Part shown: one piece after another, positions 11,151-23,984 of the stretch
Position numbering within the stretch: the first letter of the stretch is position 1
Layout of the letters: each line of letters starts with the position of its first letter
Assembly (NCBI RefSeq): GCF_001194135.2
Contig: NC_069001.1
Location: 6,240,717 to 6,304,716, forward strand
Direction: 5' to 3'
Length of the DNA: 64,000 nucleotides
Source: Octopus bimaculoides
Taxonomy: Eukaryota
Notes under the pieces: generated by a model
Seen by the model: the letters and a program-made list of their open reading frames with translations, nothing else
The model's database searches: none
What the model was told of the DNA's origin: nothing
Program-made: the position numbers and the translations under genes

Positions 11151-11658
11151 GGGCGGCCGAGAAATCACGCTGATTCCTTGCGTTAAAAAAGCACACTCTG
11201 CCGACTTCTTCCCAGCATCACTTCCGCCTACCATTACAGCTCGCCATTTCTACTTGCTATCTCAGCTCACAACATCATAAACATCAGAAACATATTTCTA
11301 GTGGAGACCTTTAAATTGCCTACAACGAAATTGCTGTTTGCATTCTGGTTTCTTGCTTTTGTAAATCATATAACTTGATTTTTGTCAAAGAAATGACTGT
11401 GAATTTAATTGCAGAAATAGAAACACATACAGACTGTCTCCTTGGAATATTATTTTTCAAATATCACAGCTAACCGTTGGGTGAATGTATGCATGTGTGT
11501 ATATACATAAACATATACATATATGCATATAGTCACATGAGTGTGTATGTGTGTGTGTGTGTTAGTATCTATTTACCTTTGAATGTATGCTAGTATACAT
11601 ACATGCATACATATACATCTATCTGCCTACCTATCTCTCTAACGTGTGTGAGCGCGCA

Positions 11659-11661
<3 letters not shown>

Positions 11662-11751
<90 letters not shown>
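11662..11751. repeat. (TA)n microsatellite
   Basis: Direct reading. Confidence 0.95.
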
Positions 11752-11754
<3 letters not shown>

Positions 11755-11837
11755 TATATACACACACATTTATATGAGGATATGTTTATGTTTGAATGCA
11801 GATAATCATGTATCATATATGTATGTATGATTGTTTG

Positions 11838-11869
<32 letters not shown>

Positions 11870-12499
11870 TGTATTAGTGTAATGTTTGTTCTAAAAGCCA
11901 TAGAAAAAAGAGAGTAGGCAGGTAGATATGTAAAAGCTAAGCAAGATAGTAAAAGCCGCAAAGAAAAGAAGAGAGAAAACGATTGAAAGAGAGAGAGAGA
12001 GAGAGGGGTGATGGGGGTGGAGAGATAGATGGGGAGAGAGTAAAAGATACGAAAATGTAGAATGCAGAAGAATTGGGTTAAATATGTTGAAGAGGGGCAG
12101 AAATACTGACTGTTAAGTAAATCTGTATTGGTGTGGATGGGTGGGTGGATTGTATTTTTATACGTGTTTCTGTGTGTGTCTGTGTGTATGTGTGTGCGCG
12201 AGCATGTGTGAATGTATAAATTTGCGTAGTCATGTATGTGTTCTTATGAGATTGTGTGCGCACGCGCGTGTGCGTGTGCGTGCTGAGGTAGTTTTGCTGG
12301 CTGTCTGCTTCGGGAGGAGATGAAGATTCTATGAATGAAACTGACATGATGATGATAATAGTAACGATGGTAATAGTTGTAACAAAACTCATGATGTTTA
12401 CGGCGATGGTAATGGTGATGATACTAAACTACTATTGCATTAAAAATAGTCATTATGTAAGTATGTATGTTTGGATGTATGTATATGTACATACACACA

Positions 12500-12812
12500 G
12501 ATAGATGGGTGGATGGATGGATGGATGGATGGATGGATGGATGGATAGATGGATGGATGGGTGGAGGATGGATGGATGGATGGATGGATGGATAGATGGG
12601 TGGGGGATGGGTGGATGGATGGATGGATGGATGGATGGATGGATGGATGGATGGATGGATGGATGGATGGATAGATGGGTGGGGGATGGGTGGATGGATG
12701 GATGGATGGATAGATGGGTGGGAGATGGGTGGATGGATGGATGGATGGATGGGTGGGAGATGGGTGGATGGATGGATGGATGGGTGGATGGATGGATGGA
12801 TGGATGGATGGA
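12500..12812. repeat. (GGAT)n satellite with recurring ggatagatgggtgg(g/a)gatgggt variant blocks
   Basis: Direct reading, ~310 bp. Confidence 0.95.
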
Positions 12813-13581
12813 TCTATTTATGAAATACATATTACATATGTAAGTAGTGCTGGATGTGCTAAATATTTACCTGAATTTTCAGATCTTAATTTTTATTCAG
12901 TGATGAATTGATTATCACTTGACACTTCGTTTATGTTACTTTTACATAATATTGAGTTCTATAAAGCAAAGAAAAAGCGAAAGCGATATGAATTGCCGAA
13001 AGCCTTGTACGCATTCTCATCTGCCTGGTATTTATTTTTTTAGTGAAATTATTTGTCGAATAGCTAGGTTACCTCTTGACGTAATTTGACAGAACTCCTC
13101 TCGCCACGTGTGGTTGGCTTAATGTAATGTTGGCTTTATTTAATGACATAATTACCTATTCACACATATAACAGACACCTTACCAAATGATGTTAATGTA
13201 ATTGATGCTTGTAAAAATGTGCTAATTTGTCTTACATGTAAACTAGAGAAATACTAGGCAGCTTTTAGATAAAAATATTGTCATCACAAAATCCTATGTG
13301 CAAAATTTAAATCGTCCTTCAATGCGAAGACAGAATGAACATTTATTTCACATATTTTCTCGCAAAAAAATAATACATAGCTGATTTTGCAGTCATGGTT
13401 GAATAATGGCTCCTATTCTTTGGAATGGGACTCGCAAAAATCAGAGTCGCGATTTACGAAGTTTCTACTTCAAATATGATTTATTATATTATTTGCTTTC
13501 ATACAGAGCATATTTTCTCGGAATCGTTTACACCAATGTGTGTTCATTTTATTCCTTCTTTCTTTAATGAGTATACGTACA

Positions 13582-13783
13582 AAGGCGATGATCGTCAGCT
13601 CACCGGGCAAAATGTTGCGCGGTGTTTCGTACGTCTTTATGTTCTGAGTTCAAATTCCGCCGACATCGACTTTGCTTTTCGTCCTTTCGAAGTCGATAAA
13701 ATAAGTATCATTTGAGCACTGAAGTCGAAGTTATCGACTTGCCCTTACCCCGAAATTATTTGCCTTGTGCCAAAGTTTGAAAC
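13582..13783 (+). mobile_element. SINE family A
   Basis: ctgagttcaaattccgcc (B-box-like), ctttcgaagtcgataaaataagt, tail ccttgtgccaaagtttgaaac. Confidence 0.85.
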
Positions 13784-13844
13784 TGGTGTACATACAAACA
13801 TGCATGCATACAAGCACGCATACATCGTGCAACAATCGTATTTG

Positions 13845-13901
13845 TATTTAAAGTATATGTAATTTAAAGTATATGCAAATTTTAAGTATATGTAATTTAA
13901 A
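13845..13901. repeat. ~16-17-bp minisatellite (atttaaagtatatgta) x3.5
   Basis: Direct reading. Confidence 0.75.
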
Positions 13902-14885
13902 GACAGTTTTTGTAAAAAATGCAATGAGGTTTGTTGTTCAAAAATGCACCTAAATAAACACGCTACTCTGCAAATACTGGGACGTGACAATATCAGACAA
14001 AATGAGACATTAGAACCAACTTCTATCTTTACTGGAGAAAAAGAAATTTCGTAAAATGTTATATGGTCGTAAAATGTTATATTTTCTATCTTAAAATACC
14101 AGTATCAAAGGCAGAAAATTTGAACAGTGATTATAAATGAGTAGCAATATTTTTTTAATCACTCATTCAGCTTTTGAGATGTCATTTTGGAAGTGCACAT
14201 GACCTGTTGCAGTTGTTCTTTTGATATATCTTCGTTTTCTGGTCGGTAAACTTACAACACACAATATTGGCTAAGTTTAGTAAAACGAAGGATCTTTGAA
14301 ATGGATAGAGAAATACAGTACAGATACATCGTCTCTTGTATACACAAAATGTATGGAAGCTCTAGCTTAACAATAATCTATAACTGCCCAGAATTTTTAA
14401 TAGGTTGATGGAGCGGGATGGGCTTTGTCTGGACTATTTATACATTGAAAGCAACTGAACACAAGGATACTTCTGCAAACATCGGAAGAATCCAAAAACT
14501 TCAATGCTCCGACCCTCAATGATCTANNNNNNNNNNNNNNNNNNNNNNNNNNNNNNNNNNNNNNNNNNNNNNNNNNNNNNNNNNNNNNNNNNNNNNNNNN
14601 NNNNNNNNNNNNNNNNNNNNNNNNNNNNNNNNNNNNNNNNNNNNNNNNNNNNNNNNNNNNNNNNNNNNNNNNNNNNNNNNNNNNNNNNNNNNNNNNNNNN
14701 NNNNNNNNNNNNNNNNNNNNNNNNNNNNNNNNNNNNNNNNNNNNNNNNNNNNNNNNNNNNNNNNNNNNNNNNNNNNNNNNNNNNNNNNNNNNNNNNNNNN
14801 NNNNNNNNNNNNNNNNNNNNNNNNNNNNNNNNNNNNNNNNNNNNNNNNNNNNNNNNNNNNNNNNNNNNNNNNNNNNNNNNNNNNN

Positions 14886-14922
<37 letters not shown>

Positions 14923-14950
14923 GTATTTATTTATTTATGTATGTATGTAC

Positions 14951-15160
14951 GCAAGCTTGGCAGAATCGTTAGCACGTCGAGTAAAATGCTTAGCGGCATT
15001 TCGTCTGTCTTTACGTTCTGAGTTCCAATTACGCCCCAGGTCGACTTTGCCTATTATCTTTTCGGAGATAATAAAATAAGTACCAGTTGAGTACTGGTGT
15101 CGATGTAATTGACTTATCCCCTCCCCCACAAATGCTGGCCTTGTGCCAAAATTTGAAATC
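14951..15160 (+). mobile_element. SINE family A, near full length
   Basis: tggcagaatcgttagcacg..gttctgagttccaatt..aaaataagtaccagttgagtactggtgtcgatgtaattgac..ccttgtgccaaaatttgaaa. Confidence 0.9.
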
Positions 15161-15351
15161 AATATCATGTGCACAGTTATTTGAAAAATGTTCACTTCAG
15201 CCAATTTCAGATCCTTCTTTACATGTGCGCGGGGTTGTGCAGGTGTATGTGAATACGTGTATGTCAGAACATATTTTCTTACATTCACAGAGCCCCCACC
15301 CCCACACAGACACACACACTCACCCCTCTCTCTGTCTTTCTCACACATACA

Positions 15352-15384
<33 letters not shown>

Positions 15385-15703
15385 TTCTCTGTAAGTATGT
15401 GTGTTCATGTATGCAAATGTTTTTTACATGATTAGTAACTGACAAATTTTTTATCTTTCTGACGTCAACTCTAGACAATAAACATAAACATAAGTGGTGT
15501 TTGGTAGCTAAGTCGGGTAGTCAGAACTGGCACCCTGCCTACCTATCAAACTTGCCATGTACTGCCATGTTGCGGCTAGGGTGGAATGTAAAGCCAGCGG
15601 TGGGGGTGGGGGTGGCGCTGGCAGTGATAACAAATTGCATTGACTCTATTTCTACCTGAATTCCTAAGTTTCGCCTCACATAGTTTGCTTTTTTGCAGTA
15701 CAG

Positions 15704-15760
<57 letters not shown>

Positions 15761-15996
15761 NNNNNNNNNNNNNNNNNNNNNNNNNNNNNNNNNNNNNNNN
15801 NNNNNNNNNNNNNNNNNNNNNNNNNNNNNNNNNNNNNNNNNNNNNNNNNNNNNNNNNNNNNNNNNNNNNNNNNNNNNNNNNNNNNNNNNNNNNNNNNNNN
15901 NNNNNNNNNNNNNNNNNNNNNNNNNNNNNNNNNNNNNNNNNNNNNNNNNNNNNNNNNNNNNNNNNNNNNNNNNNNNNNNNNNNNNNNNNNNNNNNN

Positions 15997-16069
<73 letters not shown>

Positions 16070-16296
16070 TGCATATATTTATGTACATAGGAATATGTAT
16101 TTATATTTGTATATACGCTATCAGACATAAATATACATACCTATCGGACTCTATATATTTTCAACATATGGTTGCATTGAGTACTTTTATGTTTTTATTC
16201 TGCCACAAAATATACAAAGACTATACATATACATACATATATATATACATACATGTTTGCATACATACGTACTTATATATGTATATATATTTTTTC

Positions 16297-16480
16297 TTTT
16301 GACTGCGGCCATGCTGGAGCACCACCTTTAGTCGAATGTATCGGCCCAGGACTTATTCTTTGTATGCGTAGTGCTCTTTCGATCGGTCTATTTTGCCGAA
16401 CCGCTAAGTTACGGGGACGTAAACACACCAACATCGATTGTCAAGCGATGGTGGTGGGAGGAACAAACACAGTCACACAA
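16297..16480 (-). mobile_element. SINE family B, 3' half
   Basis: gactgcggccatgctggagcacc..gccgaaccgctaagttacggggacgtaaacacaccaacatcg. Confidence 0.85.
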
Positions 16481-16628
16481 ATATATACATGCATACATAC
16501 ACGCATACATACATACATACATACATACATACATTCATACATACATATACACACACACACATACATGTATGTATGTATGTATGTATGCATGCATGTATTT
16601 GCGTGTGTGGTGTGTCGTTGTGTATACG

Positions 16629-16810
16629 TTTGTCCCCCCCCCCACCGCTTGTCAATCGTTGTTGGTTTGTTTACGTCTCAGTAGGTTAGGGATTCGGCAA
16701 AGAAAGTCAATAGAATAAATGCCAGACTTAGAAAATAAGTAATGGAATCCATTTATTTGATTTACACCCTTGAAGACGGCGCTCCAGCATGGCTGCAGAC
16801 TAATGAATGA
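16629..16810 (+). mobile_element. SINE family B, 3' half (inverted relative to 16297-16480)
   Basis: ttggtttgtttacgtctcagtaggttagggattcggcaaag..ggcgctccagcatggctgcagac. Confidence 0.8.
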
Positions 16811-17204
16811 TGTACACAGAAATATCTGCAACATCAGTAGTTTCAGAAACCTCAAACACCGTGCTGTGATACAAACGGCTACCATTGGTTGTTAAAAAGA
16901 AAAAAAGAGGCAAAAACAGCAATTGAAACAGATTGAACAGTTGAAAGAATAAAACCTGCAGCTCACATTACTGATCATTGCACGCCGGAGTATGCAATAC
17001 GGCACTCAGCTAGACGGTGATGTGGCATTTCTGGAAAGACAGATCTGTTTTGAGTTGTGCCTCAACTGTTTGGCCAATTACCTGTAGCAACAACAGACCA
17101 ACAGAGAGCCTCAGCAGAGCCATTCATTTTTCTAGAAACAGCAGCTAAATCTTACTGCATGATACCTATTATTATTTTTTTTAAATGATAAAACATGTAT
17201 GAAT

Positions 17205-17290
17205 AAAGGATTAGTTGGCCACGGGTGGAATGCTTTTGATCATAGTTATACTGGATTAGGGCTGGCCTGGGGCTAAACAACAACAGCAAC
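17205..17290 (+). mobile_element. Family E 3' end with (AAC)n tail
   Basis: ggaatgcttttgatcatag..gggctggcctggggctaaacaacaacagcaac. Confidence 0.55.
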
Positions 17291-17589
17291 ATTACTACTA
17301 CTAGTAGTTGGCTACACGAAAGTAGTTGACGAGATTTTAAATAGATTTGAACCTGTTTTGTTGTTTCATATTTACGACAATTGTAATAGCAAAAGTCAAT
17401 CAATTAGAGACAGACAATGTAAGTTAATTTAGCAGTCTGACAATATTGTCAATACATTGTAATTAACTACATTCACTTGTCATTTTACATATTTCTTCTC
17501 CTTTGCTCCTTTACTTATTCGTATTCACTCGCTCTCTTTCTTTCCTTGTTTCTCTCTTTTTTCTTTCTTCGTCCCCCTCCCTCCGTTTT

Positions 17590-17600
17590 TCTTCTTCTTC

Positions 17601-17634
<34 letters not shown>

Positions 17635-17705
17635 CCACCACCACCACCATTATCGTCATCGTCATCATCATCATCATCATCGTCGTCGTCGTCGTCGTCG
17701 TCGTC
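17590..17705. repeat. Compound triplet microsatellite (CTT/CAT/CAC/CGT)
   Basis: Direct reading. Confidence 0.9.
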
Positions 17706-19288
17706 ATTTGTGTCTCTATGGTTACGTGATGCTGTCATGCTATGTTTGTAAAGTGTGTGTTTGTGCTTGTGTGTGTGTGTGTGCGCGCGCTTATGTCTAT
17801 GTTTGTCTACGTGATTAAGTGTGTGTAAGGGCTGTGTGTAGGTGCTGCTACCTATGACTATGCATGCGTGCGTGTACGTGAGCATGCACACGTACCTGCG
17901 AGAGAAAGAGCGTGTGTGAGTGTGTTTATGTGCGAAATAGTGTACCTCACTCATTTATAGACACGTTCTGCAGAAAACAATGAAGTAAACAAGATTTTAA
18001 AAAAACAGCAAGCAGCAATGACAAACAAAACTTATCGTTGGTCACTGCTGGGCAGGAATGCAATACTGTCAGAAAATGCCGAAATCATTATGCTTCCCAT
18101 TTGGAGTTACGAAGGAAGTGTTCCGGACTGCAAACTTGGTAAAATAGTGATTAACAAAATTTCCAGGGAAGACTGTTGGACACTTTGGAAAAACATGAAA
18201 GGGCTTCGGAAAGACGGGAACGAGTTAAACAATAACAATACATCATCTATAACAGTGGCCCCGAAACTTTTTTAGGTTGCTCTGCCTTTGGCACCCTAGC
18301 CACATTCCTAGTTCTCCTGGTTCAGTGGGCTTGCAAAGATCATGGCCATTGACTTATCTTCCAGACGCAAATAGGTAAAAAGTGCCATTATCTGAGCCTC
18401 GGGTCGATCCAAGCTTTATAATTGAAATTAGATTGACAGAAGCTGTATTTAATTCAAAGGTTCAATCTTGTCACAGTGTTACGCCGATTCTATCTGAGAA
18501 TTACGTTAAATCCTGACGTGTGCGCGTGTGTGTGTGTGTACGTGTGCGTGTGCGTGCGTGCGTGCGTGCGTCTGTGTGTGTGCTGTGAGTTTGGAATAGC
18601 CGTACATTTCGTACGCTAATTCAATAGGCAGGTTGTTCAATTGGACTCCCATATGTCGTAATCGGTGAGTGGGGCCGTCATAGTATGTACGTGTGTGTCT
18701 GAGCATGAACAAGTATGTATGTATTTATATGCATGTCTTTGTGTATGCGCATGTGTACCTGTGTGTATCTTTGCATGGTTGACATCTTTTGATGTTTATT
18801 TAGCTATGTAGTTTATGTGAATTGCAGAGTGCTCATATTTCTGTGTCTGTGTAATAGAGTCGTATGCGTATGTATTTATGTGTGTGAGAGGGGGAAGAGA
18901 GAGAGAGAGAGAGATGGGGGGGNNNNNNNNNNNNNNNNNNNNNNNNNNNNNNNNNNNNNNNNNNNNNNNNNNNNNNNNNNNNNNNNNNNNNNNNNNNNNN
19001 NNNNNNNNNNNNNNNNNNNNNNNNNNNNNNNNNNNNNNNNNNNNNNNNNNNNNNNNNNNNNNNNNNNNNNNNNNNNNNNNNNNNNNNNNNNNNNNNNNNN
19101 NNNNNNNNNNNNNNNNNNNNNNNNNNNNNNNNNNNNNNNNNNNNNNNNNNNNNNNNNNNNNNNNNNNNNNNNNATTTATATATATATATGTATATATATG
19201 TATATATATATATATATGTATATATATATGTAAAATGTGAACTTCTATATGCATACACACACGCATAAACGCACGCACACACACACAT

Positions 19289-19327
<39 letters not shown>

Positions 19328-19949
19328 CATACGCATATAAACGCACACATACAGACATACGTGGTTATAAGTGAACAGATTTAAATATGCGTAATTGTGA
19401 ACATCGTGTGGGTGTAAATGTGTGTGTGTGTGTGTGTGTATGTATGTTTGTGTGTAAGTGTGTGTGTAATAAGCATAAGTAGGTAGGTTTGTATTAGTGA
19501 GATTATATAAAGTGCCTGGTGGTAATTGATCGGCCTGGAAGTTGGCGGTGTGCCAAAATATCGGCAGACAAATTCGCAGAAAAGAATGTTGATCGTCACT
19601 CCAGCACCAGGCTGTTGTCTGGAAACTCTAGGTGCAACCAACCAACCAACAAGCCAACCAGCCAGTCAGCCACCCGAACAGCCACTCAGTAAGTCAGCCG
19701 GTCAACTAACCAGTCGGCACCAGCCAAAGAAGGCCTGTTTGTAAACTTTAGGTGTATACAACAAGCCAGCAAGCCTGTCAGCCAGTTACTACAGCACCAG
19801 GCAAAAGCCAGTTTTTTTGGAAACAGATCTAACTAAATCGACAACAAACTGACCAACCAGCCATTCAACAGACGGACAATCAATCAGTTAGAAAACTAAC
19901 AACAGCGTTTCTGCGGTTCCTCTAGTTATTTTGAGTTGATGAAACCTGG

Positions 19950-20620
19950 ACAATATATTTAGCGGATTAAAATCAAACTATGGAGGAACATTGTTGTCAT
20001 TGGCTATGACGCACACACTGTGCACCCCAAACAGCTTACCAATAGAAATCAAGGTACTCACTGTGAAAATTTTCAAATATTTTCACATGCTTATAGTTTG
20101 TGCAAAAGCTAAAAGAATGTTGTGACTTTGCCGGAACGGAATGCCAAAAGCTATTACATCATGATAATACCAGATTTTTGTCACCAGCAGTAAAAGAGAA
20201 AGCCAGTCTTTGTTCCCAAGAGCGCTGCTCAAGACTGATAAGACAATTCTTTGAACATGATTTTGGAGAAATGTAATTATGGCTTTTACAAGGATAGCTC
20301 AGCCTTTTTCGGAAAGCTATTCTGGCCATGAAGAAAGCTAATTCCGTTGCAGCAAATATCAAACTAGAATTGCAAAACCTCATTACATTACAAATATAAA
20401 ACAGCGAAGAAACTGTGGATTTGAACAGCAAGAGGTAAAAGCCTTGCCGAGAAAATTTGTATGAATAGTGTAAGCATTGGAAAGGAAAGAAAGAATTTAA
20501 ATGTTTTCATGAAAAGACATCTTTCAACCTAGACTTTGAAGAGGCGGGAGACTTCGTGTTGTTAAATTCTAGAAACACATCTTGGATCAGTGTTGAGAGG
20601 TTTGTAGGAGAATAGAATTA
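19950..20620 (+). pseudogene. hAT-superfamily transposase fossil
   Basis: Translation across stops and frameshifts: RNIVVIGYDAHTVH (CxxH-motif region, decayed), LPIEIKVLTVKIFKYFH, CDFAGTECQKLLHHDNTRFLS, SQERCSRLIRQFFEHDFGEM*LWLLQG*LSLFRKAILAMKK. Confidence 0.7.
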
Positions 20621-20687
20621 GACGTACGAGAATTGGTGATAACCAATCTAATAATGCAATAATCGATCATTAGATGTAAGTAGAAAG

Positions 20688-20790
20688 TAGTGATATTAGT
20701 AGTGATATCATTAGAAGAAAGTAGTAATATTAAGTAATGATACTAATGATATTAAGTAATGATATTAATGATATTAAGTAATGATACTAA
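20688..20790. repeat. Degenerate AT-rich minisatellite (aagtaatgata(c/t)taatgatatt units)
   Basis: Direct reading. Confidence 0.75.
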
Positions 20791-21594
20791 CTCCTAGGAG
20801 ACATTCTAACTTAAAAGGGATTGCATCTAATCCTAGGATGGATAATTTCATGATGGACGTAAGAAGTAAGAAGTAGGCATAATCAGCTCTTCAGTAAACT
20901 GTAAAAATGTAAATTATTTTTCTGTAAAAATTCTATTCCGAACTTCTTTGAAATAATTTTCCTCGCAACGAAGATAGTATCAGTTATTTAATAAAAATAC
21001 CGTCAAGCTTACTTATTTTATAAGTTTATGGCTATCATAGCGACCTCAAACTGCAAAATAAAATGGATGGGATACACGTATGCAAGCCACATCTACGGTT
21101 AGCAATAAGGGTAGAACATCAAATACTATTAGTATAAGAAAAATGGTTCCTGTAAATTTCCTACTCAATCTGAAAAATTTAATTCTGTAGAAACAGTAGT
21201 ATGAACGGCTCCTGTGCTACATCTCAAAATGCCTCCGTCCTTAACGTCTCCGGAAATTCATCGTGTTCCAACATATTCTCAGATACTTTTTAATAGGCAT
21301 TTTAAAAAATGTTATAATCGTAATTGTAAGTATAGAACTTTTACAGAATGTCCCCAAGTCGGGAATTGCGTACAGAAAATTGTTCTATACAAATGCACTG
21401 TTGAAACGCATCATAGTTTTAGATAGTACATAGCTGACTTTCTCACGGTGTGCAATTTTTTGCACAATCAATCATTTTGTAATGATGAACAGAAATTTTC
21501 TTTGCAAAATACGTTTTCAGTATAAAGCCAAAAGCAATAATATTCTAGCTGCATTGGTCTATTATCCATTCTACCATTCCTAACCAGTAAACGA

Positions 21595-21665
21595 GTTATG
21601 AGTGTCGATTATATATACGTAAGTTATTTGCTATCCTTATGACTGATAATCGACACTTAATTAAC
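21595..21665 (+). ncRNA. Candidate pre-miRNA-sized hairpin
   Basis: Perfect 12-bp arms agtgtcgattat (21601-12) / ataatcgacact (21646-57), inner cgtaag/cttatg, 12-nt loop; no expression evidence. Confidence 0.3.
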
Positions 21666-22337
21666 AAATGAAATGAGCTAATTATTAATTGTATGCGTCA
21701 GATAAAGCGGTTATTCTGTAACTACTTTACGCTGAATTAATTATCATCTCTTCATCAAGAATTAAACGCATGTTTCAGTATGCGTTCCATCCGTGTGTAT
21801 CATATTAGGTTCCAATATTCAATTTCTTTCTCTGTTATTACCGACCTTCCAGTCTTCGACCAGCATCTAGTATTTAAAACATGCCTATTAGCCACGATTG
21901 CTGAAGTATTTATCACATATACATTTTCTTCAAATTTGTATTCTTCAGATTAATTCATCATATAATTAATTCTACCACATGGTTCATGTCATTGTAAAAT
22001 TAGTTATCTTATTCGTTTATCGGCCCCATTACATATCTTAATTAGTAATTCTTAATTTTCAATAAATGGGTTTTAAGAATATTTTGGGGATTTTAATTCT
22101 AATTCTAATTTTAACATTTAATTTATGCTGTTACTATTATAATTATAATTACTTCCTCTATTTTCGTCTGTATTATCATTTGTTGTCTTTTCTCCTACAC
22201 AGAGTTTTACTTTGACACATTATACACGTTGATATATATATATTGTAATATTAGTGTATCATAACCATTTGACTACCCTCACTATTACGAAGGTTAAGGA
22301 TGACACAAATACACAAATATATATATATATATACATG

Positions 22338-22452
22338 ACATGCGTCTTTCAGTTTCCGTTTACCAAATCCACCCACAAAAGTTTGGTCGGCCCGAACCTA
22401 TAGTAGAAGACACGTCCAAGGTGCCACGAAGTGGAACTGAATCCGGAACCAT
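22338..22452 (-). mobile_element. SINE family B fragment
   Basis: tttcagtttccgtttaccaaatccacccacaaaagtttggtcggcccg..ggaactgaatccggaaccatgt. Confidence 0.8.
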
Positions 22453-22774
22453 GTCTATACAAATTTGAAGATCTTGGTAAAACGCATATAATCGATCTCT
22501 GAAATTGACCATAGAAGGAGCTAAAGAAAAATTGGCACTAACAGGAACAGGACTTACAACTGGGTAGGCGCACTCAGACGAATCCACTGACCTTCGTCAC
22601 ATACAGAATGAAGCGGCCATGACACTCCGAGCCAGTATTTAATTAGAAATGGTCGTTTACCAACCTATCCTCTTTGCTATCTTCAACTGTATCAGAGCAA
22701 ATAGTTTACTATGTCTGTGTGTGTGCGTGTGTATGGCTCTGGGTATATTTATACAACTGGCACTCTGTCGGTAG

Positions 22775-22838
22775 GACGCAGTAGGACTGAAACCGGAACC
22801 ATGTGGTTGGGAAGCAAGCTTCTTACTACACAGCCACG
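22775..22838 (-). mobile_element. SINE family B head fragment
   Basis: gcagtaggactgaaaccggaaccatgtggttgggaagcaagcttcttactacacagccac. Confidence 0.75.
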
Positions 22839-23086
22839 TATGTATATATACATACACACACAAACGAAGGGAATATATAAACCAATTTAACAGAAACCAA
22901 TTGGTCTATTTCGTATTTCGTAGATAGTGTTTAGGCTTAGTGAATCTATATTTCCTGGGTAATCTTAACTGTATTTCTGACGTGAAAACAATTCAGAAAC
23001 ATCAAATCCATTCTGTTATGTGATGAGCAGTGTAAAATTGTGAAGAAGGGGAAAAAAATAACACTTGTAACGGCGCCTACACACAC

Positions 23087-23166
23087 GTGCACATGCGTGC
23101 ACATGCGTGCACATGCGCGCACATACGCGCACATAAGCGCACAGTAGCGCACAGTAGCGCGCGCGC
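23087..23166. repeat. 10-bp tandem repeat with progressively drifting unit
   Basis: gtgcacatgc x3, gcgcacatac, gcgcacataa, gcgcacagta x2, then (gc)n. Confidence 0.85.
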
Positions 23167-23931
23167 AAGCACACGGAGACATACAGGTATTTTCACACGA
23201 ACTCAACACAGATAAATGTAATAAATATATAAGCGAAATAGATATTTTTCACGAAATACTTGTTATAATTCCTAAGTCAGCTTATTTCTAATCCGATTTG
23301 TATGGCTTCACACGCCGAATTAGATTAGCCACATCAAATAATCCAATCTGTTAAAGCTGGATTCGCCTTGTTGCGTTGCGTAGCATTGCATGGCATTCAG
23401 CGACGTGTTGTGTTGTGTTATGTTATGTTGTGTTCCCTAATCAAAGTAAATGACCAAATTCCATAGGTTTCCATAGAAATATCATTGAAATGAAGATTGT
23501 AAACTGCTATGTTTGTTACGTCATATACACTCGTTTCAATAAAAGAATATATAAACAAAGTTAAATATAAGGAAACGTAAAATGAAAGTAAAATCTCGAA
23601 CTGAAAAAAAAAAAAGCAACATTTTAGAAACAAAAACAAAAAGAAATCAACAATAAAGTTCTAAGAGAACCTCCTCACTACCTTCCCTTATTGACCACCC
23701 CAGACCACGCACTTCTACATTCACACAGATTGCTCCTTTTCATCTTTACACACATGCGCGCGCACTCACGCACGCAGATTCTGTCTTCCTCCTCTCTGCC
23801 CTCCCTTTCTATAAACTTGTCATACAATTACACATTAACACACGAACGTTCTCTCTTATGCCTCAAACATCTTCTATTTAGACTCCCCCCTCTCTCCCTC
23901 TTAGACACAGATTCATAAACACTAACAGGTA

Positions 23932-23978
<47 letters not shown>

Positions 23979-23984
23979 GTACAC

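Noticed and set aside
18018-18275. 85-aa ORF and a hAT-TIR-like cagtggccccgaaactttt
   Set aside because: No family motif recognised; no partner TIR.
22455-22650. Peptide-like frames on both strands with possible donors
   Set aside because: No consistent acceptor, donor and open-frame combination.
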